Assembly: GCA_033762295.1 (NCBI GenBank)
Contig: JANRLW010000068.1
Coordinates: forward strand, 1-27,078
Direction: 5' to 3'
DNA length: 27,078 nt
Source: Capsulimonadales bacterium
GTDB taxonomy: Bacteria > Armatimonadota > Armatimonadia > Armatimonadales > Armatimonadaceae
In this document: one piece after another, positions 9,352 through 18,788 of the stretch
How positions within the stretch are numbered: position 1 is the stretch's first letter
Layout of the letters: every line of letters starts with the position of its first letter
Notes under the pieces: generated by a model
Told to the model about the DNA's origin: nothing
Seen by the model: only the letters and a program-made list of their open reading frames with translations
Databases searched by the model: none
Position numbers and translations under genes: made by a program

Positions 9352-9405
9352 GCACTTTCCCCGTCGACTTTTCCGGAATGTATTACGTGTACGTATTGAT
9401 TTGTC

Positions 9406-9414
9406 TGGTATAGT
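9406..9414 (+). promoter_or_regulatory. Putative extended -10 promoter for the amidase operon
   Basis: TGGTATAGT in an AT-rich gap about 58 nt upstream of ATG 9473. Confidence 0.45.
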
Positions 9415-9472
9415 GGGAATAATTGTTACCCTGAAAGGTGCAATTACGAGGAAGGACCGCCGAAGATAAAGT

Positions 9473-11404
9473 ATGCGTCGATTCAATCCTGATCTGTTGC
9501 GATTCCTGCCCCTGCTGGTCGTTGCGACGACCGGCGCCCCGGCGGTTGCCCAGGACCCGTCGCCCCTCCCAGGGAAGAATGCGGCGCTGACCGCTCCGGC
9601 GACCGACGGCGGTATTCGTCTGGTCTTCTTCGGAAATCCCCTGACTCCTGATTCCCCGGCATCGGAACCGTACCGCGATCCGGCGGATGGAATCCTCTGC
9701 GTGTCGCCCGATGTGTTCGCCGGACTGGGCGTGATTCACATCATCGATGAGAAGATGGGGAAGGTCACCTTCACGACCCCCGAAGGCACTGCGACGACCT
9801 CCGTCGAACTCCGTCGCCCGCCCGCCGATTTCCCGCAGAAAGGGATCTTCGTTCCGGTCATGGAGACGGTTGAAGGACTGGGCGGGAAGTGCGAATGGGA
9901 TGCGGCTACCTCTACCTTGTACGCCCGGTCCGTCCTGCGGAATATCGAACTGGTCGACGGAAAACTGGTGCTCCGCGCGACGTTGCCGATTCGGCCCACC
10001 ATCACTCGCCTTGCCGGTGAGCGGAAAATCGTGATCGATGTCCCCGGTGCGGAGATCGGCTCCCTTCCGAAAACCCCTGATCTGACGCTCCCCGGCGTGA
10101 ATGCCGTGCGTACCGGGCAGTTCTCTCCCGACTGTGCCCGCATCGTCCTCGACCTGAACGAGAGTCGCACGATGGTCCGTGCGGAGAGTGACCGTGTCGG
10201 TCCCGTTGCCGCGCTTCTGATCGAGACCGAAACCGTGCCGGAGCGGCCGAAACGCGTTGCGACCCGTTCCACCGGAAAGCCGAACGCAGGCAAGGCAAGC
10301 GCCCCGCCGACGATGGTGCAATCGGTCGCATTCCGAAACATCAGCGATCAACGAATACAGTTCGTCGTCAAAGCGGGACGGGTGCCGGTCGCCCGGCCAA
10401 CGTTCGGTCGGGGACGGCTGACGCTGGACCTGCTGAACGCGAACCTGAACCCGGAAGCGGTGGCCGCCCTCGGCGATATCAAACATCCCTTCCTGAAAGC
10501 GGTGCAGATCGCCGCGCGCGGCAATGCCGCCGTTCAACTGGTTCTTGATCTGACCCGGATCGTCAACTATTCCGTGAAGCCGGACGTAAACGGCAATCTG
10601 GTGCTGGATATCGGCATGCCGCGCGGCGCGGGCGGAAAACTGGCCGGCAAGCTGATCGTGGTCGATGCGGGCCATGGCGGACATGATCCGGGGGCGCGCG
10701 GCGGCGGTTTCCGTGAGAAGGATGTCGCTCTCGCCATTGCGATGAAAGTGGCCGAAGCCCTGCGGGACAGCGGCGCGAACGTGTTGATGACCCGTGCCGA
10801 CGACTTCTTTATTCCGGTGAACGAACGCCCCCGGATCGCCAACCGCGCGGGCGCGGATTTCTTCCTGGCGATCCATGCGGATTCCGGCGACAGCAATCGA
10901 CGGGTCAACGGGTCGACCGTTTATTATCATGCCTATGAGCCGAACTGCCGGGCGCTCGCGCTGTCGATTGCGAACCGGCTGGAAAGCGGGATCGGAATCC
11001 GAAACAACGGCGTCAAAACCGATTTCGTGCGGTTCCCGGGACGACCGGACGGCTCGACCGGCGGGTTCGGGTTCCTCCGGGGCGCGCGCATGGTCGCCGC
11101 CCTTGTCGAAACCGGGTTCATGTCCAACCCACGGGATGTCAGCCTGCTGGTGAAACCGGAGGTCCAGACAAAAATCGCGCAGAGCATCGTCGCCGGCCTT
11201 CGGGACTATATCGAAGGGAATCCGGACCTGGATACACGAGAAATCCGCCCGGAAGCGGGAGAAATGCCGCCGCCGCCGCTGGCCGGCCCGGCGGATACCG
11301 ACACCTCCGGCGATACCGCCGCCGTCCCCGGAAACAGCTCCGACACCGAAAAAGAAACGGCCCCGGAAGGCTCGGACGCGAACGGGACCGTCAAGTCGCT
11401 TTAG
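9473..11404 (+). CDS. N-acetylmuramoyl-L-alanine amidase (Amidase_3) with signal peptide and AMIN-like domains
   Basis: VVDAGHGG, EKDVAL, LAIHAD, LVETGF zinc/catalytic motifs; AMIN-like segments KIVIDVPGA...VRTGQFSPDCARIVLDL; acidic low-complexity tail. Confidence 0.93.
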   Translation: MRRFNPDLLRFLPLLVVATTGAPAVAQDPSPLPGKNAALTAPATDGGIRLVFFGNPLTPDSPASEPYRDPADGILCVSPDVFAGLGVIHIIDEKMGKVTFTTPEGTATTSVELRRPPADFPQKGIFVPVMETVEGLGGKCEWDAATSTLYARSVLRNIELVDGKLVLRATLPIRPTITRLAGERKIVIDVPGAEIGSLPKTPDLTLPGVNAVRTGQFSPDCARIVLDLNESRTMVRAESDRVGPVAALLIETETVPERPKRVATRSTGKPNAGKASAPPTMVQSVAFRNISDQRIQFVVKAGRVPVARPTFGRGRLTLDLLNANLNPEAVAALGDIKHPFLKAVQIAARGNAAVQLVLDLTRIVNYSVKPDVNGNLVLDIGMPRGAGGKLAGKLIVVDAGHGGHDPGARGGGFREKDVALAIAMKVAEALRDSGANVLMTRADDFFIPVNERPRIANRAGADFFLAIHADSGDSNRRVNGSTVYYHAYEPNCRALALSIANRLESGIGIRNNGVKTDFVRFPGRPDGSTGGFGFLRGARMVAALVETGFMSNPRDVSLLVKPEVQTKIAQSIVAGLRDYIEGNPDLDTREIRPEAGEMPPPPLAGPADTDTSGDTAAVPGNSSDTEKETAPEGSDANGTVKSL

Positions 11405-11466
11405 TCCCGTCAGTCCCGTTTTCTTCCGGCGGCAACCTTTACGACCGCGTTGGCGTCACATAACCG

Positions 11467-12099
11467 ATGAAACCGACATTTTTGGGCAATCGAAAACATA
11501 CACTCGCCGGAGTCAGCGTCGCCGCTGTCCTCCTCTTTCAGATGGTGCTCTCCGCCTGCCAGCAGCAGGTGGCGAGTCGTCCCCAGGATGTGCCGGTGGC
11601 CGAAACCCGACCGCAGATCCTCCCCTCTCCGATGGCGGTCGCTTCACCATCGCCGGGCGGAGAGAAGGGAATGGTCGCCTACCGCGTCGTTAGCGGGGAG
11701 GAAGGGGCCCATCTGGAACCGATCAACCTCCCGGCGGGAACCGATCGCGAGTCCATGACGGAAGCGTTGAACGCCATGGCGACGATCCCCGATTCTCCGT
11801 TGCCGAAGGGAACCCGGGCGCTTTCCGTCACCTACCGGGGGGATCTGGCGACCGTCGACTTCAATCGCGCCTTCTCGAAAAATTTCGAGGGCGGGGATGA
11901 GAAGGAAGCGCTGATGTTCAACGCGATCACCGCCACGGTGGGACAGGTTCCCGGAGTCAAGCGAGTGCAGATTCTCGTGGACGGACGGAAGGTGCCGGTC
12001 GGTGGTACACAGGATACGACCGAACCCCTGGACGTTCCGCCGTCGGTAACGCAGGTCAGCCAGCGTCGCGGCGAAGCGGGCGAAAGTGGTTCTCGTTGA
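11467..12099 (+). CDS. GerMN domain lipoprotein
   Basis: Lipobox VLSA-C; SPLPKGTRALSV...ATVDFN...AITATVGQVPGVKRVQILVDG is the GerMN pattern. Confidence 0.88.
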   Translation: MKPTFLGNRKHTLAGVSVAAVLLFQMVLSACQQQVASRPQDVPVAETRPQILPSPMAVASPSPGGEKGMVAYRVVSGEEGAHLEPINLPAGTDRESMTEALNAMATIPDSPLPKGTRALSVTYRGDLATVDFNRAFSKNFEGGDEKEALMFNAITATVGQVPGVKRVQILVDGRKVPVGGTQDTTEPLDVPPSVTQVSQRRGEAGESGSR

Positions 12100-12946
12100 T
12101 CCGGACGGACCGATCGGGATTTTCGACTCGGGGCTAGGCGGGCTTTCCGTTGCGCGGGAAGTCCGCCGCCTGCTGCCCCGGGAACCGCTCCTTTACCTGG
12201 GCGATAACCTCCACATTCCGTACGGTCCACGACCCGTCGAACAAATCCGGACCTTTTCCGTGGCCATTACCCGGTATTTGATCGATGTGGGTCGCTGCCG
12301 CTGCATTGTCGTCGCCTGCAACACGGCGACCTCCGCCGCCGTACCTCTACTACGTGAGACATTTCCGATGTTGCCGATCGTCGGGATGGAACCCGGGATC
12401 AAACCGGCCGCCGCGATGACCCGCAGCGGGAAAGTCGCCGTACTCGCCACCATGGGAACCCTCGCCGGGTCACGGCTTGCCTGTCTGGTGGAACGATTCG
12501 CCGGGGGGATCGAGGTATTGACCCGGCCCTGTCCGGGATGGGTGGAATGTGTCGAACGAGGCGAGATCGACCGACCGGAAACCGTCGAAATGGTCAAGGA
12601 GGTCGTTTTGCCGTTGCTGGCGGAGGGGGCGGACACCCTGATCCTCGGCTGTACGCATTACCCGTTTCTGCTGCCGGTTCTTCAAGGGATTCTCCCGCCG
12701 CATGTCCGGATCGTCGATACCGGTCCGGCGGTCGCGCGACGTGTCGCGGCGGTACTTCCCGTATCGAAGGACGTCACCGCGTCTCCCGTGCCGACCTGGC
12801 GCCTTTTGACGACCGGTGACAGGACCAACGTTCGGAACGCGGCGCGTTACTGTCTGGGGGAAGGCTTTGATGCGATCGACGGCGTATCTACTCTTCGCTG
12901 GGCCGAGGATGGGAAGCGACTGATGGCCGGCCAATCAACGAACTGA
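12086..12946 (+). CDS. murI: Glutamate racemase
   Basis: IGIFDSGLGG, PYGPR, VACNTA, LILGCTHYP. Confidence 0.96.
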   Translation: MVLVDPDGPIGIFDSGLGGLSVAREVRRLLPREPLLYLGDNLHIPYGPRPVEQIRTFSVAITRYLIDVGRCRCIVVACNTATSAAVPLLRETFPMLPIVGMEPGIKPAAAMTRSGKVAVLATMGTLAGSRLACLVERFAGGIEVLTRPCPGWVECVERGEIDRPETVEMVKEVVLPLLAEGADTLILGCTHYPFLLPVLQGILPPHVRIVDTGPAVARRVAAVLPVSKDVTASPVPTWRLLTTGDRTNVRNAARYCLGEGFDAIDGVSTLRWAEDGKRLMAGQSTN

Positions 12947-12958
12947 GGAAAAGGGCGA

Positions 12959-13675
12959 ATGCCACGAACGGACGGACGAGGAAATCTGGATCTGCGCCCG
13001 GTGCGGATCGAACGCGGATACATGAAGTTTGCGGAAGGCTCGTGCCTGATCACGATGGGAGAAACGCGAGTCATCTGCACGGCGACGGTCGAGGATAAGG
13101 TCCCGGCCTGGATGAAGGGGCGCGGCGAGGGCTGGATCACCGCCGAGTATTCCATGATTCCCCGCTCCGGTCGGGAACGGAACCCGCGCGAGACGCTGAA
13201 GCCGGCAGGGCGAACCCAGGAGATCCAGCGGTTGATCGGGCGCAGCCTGCGCACCGCCGTCGATATGAAGGCGCTCGGTGAGCGAATGATCACGATCGAC
13301 TGTGACGTCATCGGGGCGGACGGAGGCACGCGTTGCGCCTCCATTACGGGCGGCTTCGTCGCTCTGGCGGAGGCGGTGGCGCGGCTTCGAAAGAACGAGC
13401 TGAAGGTGAATCCGATCCGTGAGGTGGTCAGCGCGGTCTCGGTCGGGATTGTGGCCGGGGTGGAAATGCTCGACCTTTGCTACGAGGAGGATAGTCGGGC
13501 GGCGGTCGATATGAACATCGTCGCGACCGCATCCAACAAGTACATCGAAGTGCAGGGGACGGCGGAACAGGCTCCCTACGACCGGGCCAGGCTGAACCGT
13601 CTCCTCGATACGGCCCAGGTGGGACTCGATGTGCTGTTCCGTAAGCAGAAAGAAGCGCTCGAAGGACTTTTGTAG
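12959..13675 (+). CDS. rph: Ribonuclease PH
   Basis: R.DGR...[47 protein letters not shown]. Confidence 0.97.
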   Translation: MPRTDGRGNLDLRPVRIERGYMKFAEGSCLITMGETRVICTATVEDKVPAWMKGRGEGWITAEYSMIPRSGRERNPRETLKPAGRTQEIQRLIGRSLRTAVDMKALGERMITIDCDVIGADGGTRCASITGGFVALAEAVARLRKNELKVNPIREVVSAVSVGIVAGVEMLDLCYEEDSRAAVDMNIVATASNKYIEVQGTAEQAPYDRARLNRLLDTAQVGLDVLFRKQKEALEGLL

Positions 13676-13683
13676 AGGAACGA

Positions 13684-14298
13684 ATGGCGATCCGACGGCT
13701 GGTACTGGCGACGCGCAACGCGCACAAAGTCGAGGAGATGCGCGATCTTTTGCGTGAGATTCCGGTCGAACTCGTCGGCGTCGACGGCTTCCCGGCCTTT
13801 CCCGAACCCGAGGAGACGGGAACGACGTTTGCCGAGAACGCCCGGATCAAGGCGAGTGTCACCGCACAGGCCACCGGGCAGTGGGCGCTCGCCGATGATT
13901 CCGGTATCGCCATCGATGCGCTGAACGGCGACCCCGGTGTCTACTCGGCTCGTTGGGCCGGGCCGGGCAGCGGCGCGCGCGAATGGATTGAGAAATCGCT
14001 GACGCTGCTCCTTGATGTTCCTCCGTCCCGGCGAACCGCCCGGTACGTTTGCGCACTGGCGGTCGCCGCTCCGGACGGGACGATCGTTGCCGAAGCCGAA
14101 GGGACGATGGAAGGAAGTATCGCGACCGAGGCGCGCGGCACCGGCGGATTCGGGTACGATCCGATCTTTCTGGTCGGGGACGGAACGGACCGAACGGCGG
14201 CGGAACTGTCGCCTGCCGAGAAACACGCCCTGTCGCATCGCGGAAACGCGGTGCGCGCTCTGATGCCCGAACTCCGGAGACTTCTGGCGGATCGGTAA
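13684..14298 (+). CDS. rdgB: dITP/XTP pyrophosphatase (RdgB/HAM1)
   Basis: [41 protein letters not shown]. Confidence 0.95.
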   Translation: MAIRRLVLATRNAHKVEEMRDLLREIPVELVGVDGFPAFPEPEETGTTFAENARIKASVTAQATGQWALADDSGIAIDALNGDPGVYSARWAGPGSGAREWIEKSLTLLLDVPPSRRTARYVCALAVAAPDGTIVAEAEGTMEGSIATEARGTGGFGYDPIFLVGDGTDRTAAELSPAEKHALSHRGNAVRALMPELRRLLADR

Positions 14299-14304
14299 CC
14301 GGGG

Positions 14305-14913
14305 TTAGTTCGGCGTCGACGTTCGCGAGAGGAGCGCCAGTGCCCGGTCTCCGGCTTTGCCGGGGGAGGCGCGTCGAAGCGGCCCCAGGTCCGGAAACTC
14401 ATAGCGCACGCCATCCTTGTCGGCCAGCAGAAAGCGATCCTTGCCGATCGTAAAGAGAGAATCACGCATTCCCTGGACGATGAAGGTACGGGGGCCTTTA
14501 TCGGTTTCGACCTCCCACGTTACCATGCCGCCTTCCTCCTTGACGTCGACCACCCGGGTCACCTTCGGAATAAAGTAACGGCGTTCCAGTTCCTCGTCCA
14601 GGAGTTTTCGCGACGCCTCGTCCAATCCGTCCGGCTTTCGCAGCATGCCGATATCCTTATCCTTCTCGTCCCGCAGTCCGATGTACTCATTCGGGCGGTC
14701 GAGAGGAAAGGCGCGGGCGACGCGCACCGAAAGAAAGGTCCGTTCGGCCCCGATCACCGGGTCCGTGACGGTAGCGCGAACCGCCGCGCCGCCGGTTCGG
14801 AACAGAACGACCCGAGACGGATCGAGAAAGACGAGTTCGATCGACGTATCGGCGGGCGACCGTTCGCCGGAAGTCGGATCGGAAGCGGCGACGTTCGGGG
14901 GAATCGTTTCCAT
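14305..14913 (-). CDS. DUF1854 domain protein
   Basis: VRVARAFPL, IGLRD...IGML, EELERRYFIPKVTRV, WEVETDKG; typical position downstream of this ABC transporter type. Confidence 0.8.
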   Translation of the reverse strand: METIPPNVAASDPTSGERSPADTSIELVFLDPSRVVLFRTGGAAVRATVTDPVIGAERTFLSVRVARAFPLDRPNEYIGLRDEKDKDIGMLRKPDGLDEASRKLLDEELERRYFIPKVTRVVDVKEEGGMVTWEVETDKGPRTFIVQGMRDSLFTIGKDRFLLADKDGVRYEFPDLGPLRRASPGKAGDRALALLSRTSTPN

Positions 14914-14985
14914 AAGAGTTAGTCCTGACTCTGACCCACAAAAAGCGTTCGAAATCGATCGGAGGGAGGAACCGGTTGCGGTGGC

Positions 14986-15258
14986 TCACTCCTCGGAGTC
15001 GTCACCGAACATATTCTCCATCCAGGCACGGTAGTAAGCGGCCGCTTCGCTCTCAGGCGGCAACTGGGCGAGGGCACGCTCCACCGCCTCGGAGATGGCC
15101 TGTTGTTCCTCGGGCGATGCGGCGGACAGTATGCCGGCGATATCCTCCAGTGCCTGCACGTCGGACGCCTCCAACTCCTCCGCTCCTTCCAGTTCGCCAT
15201 AACCGCGAAGGGCGATAAACATGACGGCTTCCACCAGTGCGTCGGCAATCGTTTCCAT
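14986..15258 (-). CDS. Small, very acidic, alpha-helical hypothetical protein (90 aa)
   Basis: SD GAGG upstream, 12 nt after the ABC stop, amphipathic helical pattern, fills the gap between neighbours. Confidence 0.75.
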   Translation of the reverse strand: METIADALVEAVMFIALRGYGELEGAEELEASDVQALEDIAGILSAASPEEQQAISEAVERALAQLPPESEAAAYYRAWMENMFGDDSEE

Positions 15259-15270
15259 GGCGACCTCTTG

Positions 15271-17508
15271 TTAGTACGCGCGCAACTTGTTGATCTCGGT
15301 CTGCATATCGACCAGCTTCCGGAACGTCCCGTCCTCTTTGGCCATCAACTCCTCGTGAGTACCCATTTCGGCGATCTTTCCTTTGTCCATGACGACCAGC
15401 CGGTCGGCGTTTCTCAGGGTGCTCAGGCGGTGGGCGATGGCGAAGGTGGTACGGCCTCGAATGAGCCGCTGGATGGCTTCCTGAATCTGCTTCTCGGTCT
15501 CGGTATCGACGCTGGCCGTCGCTTCGTCCAGAATCAGAATACGGGGATTGTGGAGAATGGCGCGCGCGATGGAAATACGCTGACGCTCGCCGCCCGAGAG
15601 CCGGGTGCCCCGTTCCCCGACCTGCGAATCGTATCCGTCCGGGAAGCGCATGATGAAATCATGAGCGTTCGCGGCCTTCGCCGCGCGCATGATCTCCTCG
15701 GGCGTCGCCCCCGGATTGGCGTAGGCGATGTTTTCCGCGATCGTGCCGGGAAAGAGGAACGGTTCCTGCAGAACGATTCCCAGCTGCCGTCGCAGGTCGG
15801 TGACCCGGATTTTCCTCATTTCGACGCCGTCGATCAGGATGCGTCCCTCGGTCGGATCGTAGAAGCGGGCGATCAGGTTGATAATGGTCGACTTACCGGC
15901 GCCGGAATGTCCGACCAGACCGATCATCTCGCCCGGCTTGACATCGAGGTTGAACTCTTCCAGAACGCGTCGCGCTTTGTCATAGCTGAAAGCGACATTT
16001 TCGAAGCGAACCGCGCCTTCGATGCGCTCCATGGGAACGGAATCCTCATTATCTTTGACGTCGGGTTCGGTATCGATCACCTCGAACACGCGTTCGGCGG
16101 CGGTCAAAGCGCGGGAAAGCCAGTCGGCGATACGGGTCATGCCGTGGAGCGGACCGTAAAGCTGGCCGAGATAATAAAGAAACAGATTGAGCGTTCCAAA
16201 GGTGATCGCGCCGGCGATGACCTGCCGTCCGCCGAGGGCGTAGACGACGAACGAGCCGGAGGTCATGACGAACCCGAGGAACGGAAATACGGTGGAGAAG
16301 GTCTGCTCCACCCGAACCTGGGAGTCGAACATGGCGAACGAGCGTCGGTGGAAGGCATCGACCTCCCGTCCTTCCTGGGCGAACGCTTTGACGACGCGAA
16401 CCCCGTTCAGCACCGAGTTCAGTACGGCGTGCATCGAGGATCGGATCTGCCACATTCTTTCAAGTCTTTGCCAGACGAATTTCCATGTGAAATGGGTAAA
16501 GAAGATTACCGCCGGGACCGGAATCAGTACGTACAGGGTAAGTCGCCAGTCCTGGGTAAGCAGAACGACGAGAATTCCGATCATGGTCAGGCCGTTGACA
16601 ACGATGAATTGAAGACCGTCGACGAGAAAGTTGTTCAACTCGCCGACGTCATGGGTCACGCGGGCCATCAACGCGCCGGACTGCCGTTTGTCGTAGTAGG
16701 AGAGACCGAGTTTTTGCAGTTGACCGAAGACCTGTTCGCGAAGCGTCAGGGTAATGACGCCGGAGAGATAGGCGGAAAGGCGGCCCCGGATCACGGTAAT
16801 GACGGTTCCGACCAACTGCGCCCCGATCAGGGCGGCGATCCACCCCCCCAGCCAGGTGTAGCGTTGTCCGAGGGGCACGGTCGGTCCGGCAAGAAAGACG
16901 TTATCGGTCATTTGTTTGATGATCAATCCCGGAACCAGACCGGTGGCGGTTCCGAGAAACATCAGGACGACGAGCGCGACCGCCTGCCAGCGGTAGGGAA
17001 ACGCATAGCTGAGCAGGCGTCGAAGCGTGGCGGATTTATTGATGCAGTAGCGGCAGACGTCCGAATCTTTGGGCAGGGGGCGTCCACAGTTTTTACAGAG
17101 CCGTTCCTCGTCCTCGTCGATCGTCGGAAGGTCCTTACCATGGGCAAGGGCATCGATGACCCGGGCGACGGAGGCCATCCTTCCGGCGCGGGCCGAAGTG
17201 AACCGGGCGACTTCATGGAGGGCCGAACCCTGCCGGGCGATCAGGACTCCACCGCCGACCAGGTTTTCGGTCTGCGAACCGTTCAGTTCGGAGAGCGGAA
17301 GGTGCAGATCGACATAGGCGGGACCGCCACCGTTCGGGGAGAGGACACGAACCGACTGACCGTCCACGACGACCCATCGTTCTCCGAGGCGTCCGTCGGA
17401 ACCGATATCGGTGCGGACCGCCGCATGGATCGGCTCCTCATCGTGTCCGTTTCGAGCGGACTTTAGCGCACTTTCCACCGCGTCGGGCAGTGTCTCGATC
17501 AGAGGCAT
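15271..17508 (-). CDS. ABC transporter, fused permease/ATP-binding (exporter-type), with an N-terminal soluble domain and CxxC-x10-CxxC motif
   Basis: Walker A GHSGAGKS, LSGGERQR signature, ILDEATAS, AHRLST; TM domain; LCKNCG...VCRYC; SD GGAGAA. Confidence 0.93.
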   Translation of the reverse strand: MPLIETLPDAVESALKSARNGHDEEPIHAAVRTDIGSDGRLGERWVVVDGQSVRVLSPNGGGPAYVDLHLPLSELNGSQTENLVGGGVLIARQGSALHEVARFTSARAGRMASVARVIDALAHGKDLPTIDEDEERLCKNCGRPLPKDSDVCRYCINKSATLRRLLSYAFPYRWQAVALVVLMFLGTATGLVPGLIIKQMTDNVFLAGPTVPLGQRYTWLGGWIAALIGAQLVGTVITVIRGRLSAYLSGVITLTLREQVFGQLQKLGLSYYDKRQSGALMARVTHDVGELNNFLVDGLQFIVVNGLTMIGILVVLLTQDWRLTLYVLIPVPAVIFFTHFTWKFVWQRLERMWQIRSSMHAVLNSVLNGVRVVKAFAQEGREVDAFHRRSFAMFDSQVRVEQTFSTVFPFLGFVMTSGSFVVYALGGRQVIAGAITFGTLNLFLYYLGQLYGPLHGMTRIADWLSRALTAAERVFEVIDTEPDVKDNEDSVPMERIEGAVRFENVAFSYDKARRVLEEFNLDVKPGEMIGLVGHSGAGKSTIINLIARFYDPTEGRILIDGVEMRKIRVTDLRRQLGIVLQEPFLFPGTIAENIAYANPGATPEEIMRAAKAANAHDFIMRFPDGYDSQVGERGTRLSGGERQRISIARAILHNPRILILDEATASVDTETEKQIQEAIQRLIRGRTTFAIAHRLSTLRNADRLVVMDKGKIAEMGTHEELMAKEDGTFRKLVDMQTEINKLRAY

Positions 17509-17537
17509 AGATAGTTTTCTCCGTGTCGACCCGGAAA

Positions 17538-17584
17538 CGGACGGGGCCGTTCGGAAGGTCGCGCCTTCCGAACGGCCCCGTCCG
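17538..17584. repeat. Perfect 21-bp inverted repeat with 5-nt loop
   Basis: CGGACGGGGCCGTTCGGAAGG-tcgcg-CCTTCCGAACGGCCCCGTCCG. Confidence 0.9.
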
Positions 17585-17614
17585 ATGCCTGCTTACAAAA
17601 CGACGGCAAAACGA

Positions 17615-17914
17615 TCAGGAATGGCCTTCCCACTCGCCGGAGCGCCCCGCCGGTTCCGGGCGAGACAGAAGTCCCAGAATCTTTTCCCGAAGGGAGTTCG
17701 GCGCCTGCACCTGCTCCACCCGGGCGCGAATGGTCTTCAGCAACGTCTCCTCGAAATGGAACTTGGAGAAGCAGCCTTTGCACTGTGCCAGATGTCGCTG
17801 CACCTCCTCTTCCTCATCGGGGCGCAACTCGTGGCTCAAGTACTCGTTAAGTTTTCGAACCGCTTCCTGACACTGATTGTACTCAAGATGTTCGCCCTGT
17901 TTTCCACCGCCCAT
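17615..17914 (-). CDS. Zinc-binding anti-sigma factor (zf-HC2/ZAS, RsrA-like)
   Basis: CQEAVRKLNEYL...HLAQCKGC (C...HxxxCxxC), APNSLREKI; lies downstream of the ECF sigma; start uncertain (17914, 17926 or 17998). Confidence 0.88.
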   Translation of the reverse strand: MGGGKQGEHLEYNQCQEAVRKLNEYLSHELRPDEEEEVQRHLAQCKGCFSKFHFEETLLKTIRARVEQVQAPNSLREKILGLLSRPEPAGRSGEWEGHS

Positions 17915-18032
17915 GATCGTTAACATCCGTTCTAATATCCGTCCCGGCGGATATACCGTACCACTTACCTCAATTCGCTCCGTTTTCCTTTGTACCACCG
18001 AACATTACCGACGAAAAGACCGTGAACCGAAA

Positions 18033-18689
18033 TTAGCGCGGATTATCTGCCCCGTACGCCCAGATCGCCTTCTGCACCAGACGCCGACCGCGGGAGAGAC
18101 GCGATCGCACGGTTCCGATCGGAATATCCAGTATCTCACTGATTTCCTGGTAAGAGAACTCGTTCAGATCGGCCAGAATCACCGCATCCCGATATTCTTC
18201 CGGGAGACGGGAGATGGCTTCCCGAATGGCTTCGATTTGCACCTGTTGTACCACAATCTCTTCCGGCGAGGGACCGCCCGAGGTGGAGGCGTCCGAAAGA
18301 CGATTATACAGATAGAAGTCCTCGAGTTCGTCGTAAGAGACGCGTTCCGGTTCGCGGTTTCTCCTTCGATAGGCATTGATATAAAGGTTTGTCAGAATTC
18401 GAAACAACCACGCCCGGGCATTGGTTCCCCCTTGAAACTGGTCAAAGAACTGGAACGCTCGCATGTAGGTATCCTGAACCAGATCTTCGGCGTCGCCGGG
18501 ATTTTTGGTCATGGAAAGGGCGGTGCGGTAAAGGGCATCGAGGTGCGGCAGCATCTGCGCCTCGAACATCTGACGTTGGCGGGCGGTCCGGGCCGCGACC
18601 GAAGCGGGACCGTTCGTCGGTTCCGCAACATCGGAAGGGGGGGCGGAATCAGCCGCGTCCGGTAGGAAGGTCGGATCCGAATCAGACAT
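18033..18689 (-). CDS. ECF RNA polymerase sigma factor, SigR/SigH-like
   Basis: LDALYRTALSMTKNPGDAEDLVQDT, GTNARAWLFRILTN.YIN.YR, SYQEISEILDIPIGTVRSRLSRGR; start uncertain. Confidence 0.93.
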   Translation of the reverse strand: MSDSDPTFLPDAADSAPPSDVAEPTNGPASVAARTARQRQMFEAQMLPHLDALYRTALSMTKNPGDAEDLVQDTYMRAFQFFDQFQGGTNARAWLFRILTNLYINAYRRRNREPERVSYDELEDFYLYNRLSDASTSGGPSPEEIVVQQVQIEAIREAISRLPEEYRDAVILADLNEFSYQEISEILDIPIGTVRSRLSRGRRLVQKAIWAYGADNPR

Positions 18690-18788
18690 CACGCAGAGAA
18701 AAACGCCTTTCCAGTCGTACCGCAAAGATAAACCGAAGAACCCTGAGAATAATTCGACAAAGATAGCCGGAATTGGGTGGTCGACGCC

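Noticed and set aside
15103..17466. 787-aa plus-strand ORF (also 9383..10930, 24258..25445 and 22924..23937 on the minus strand)
   Set aside because: Antisense shadows of well-supported genes
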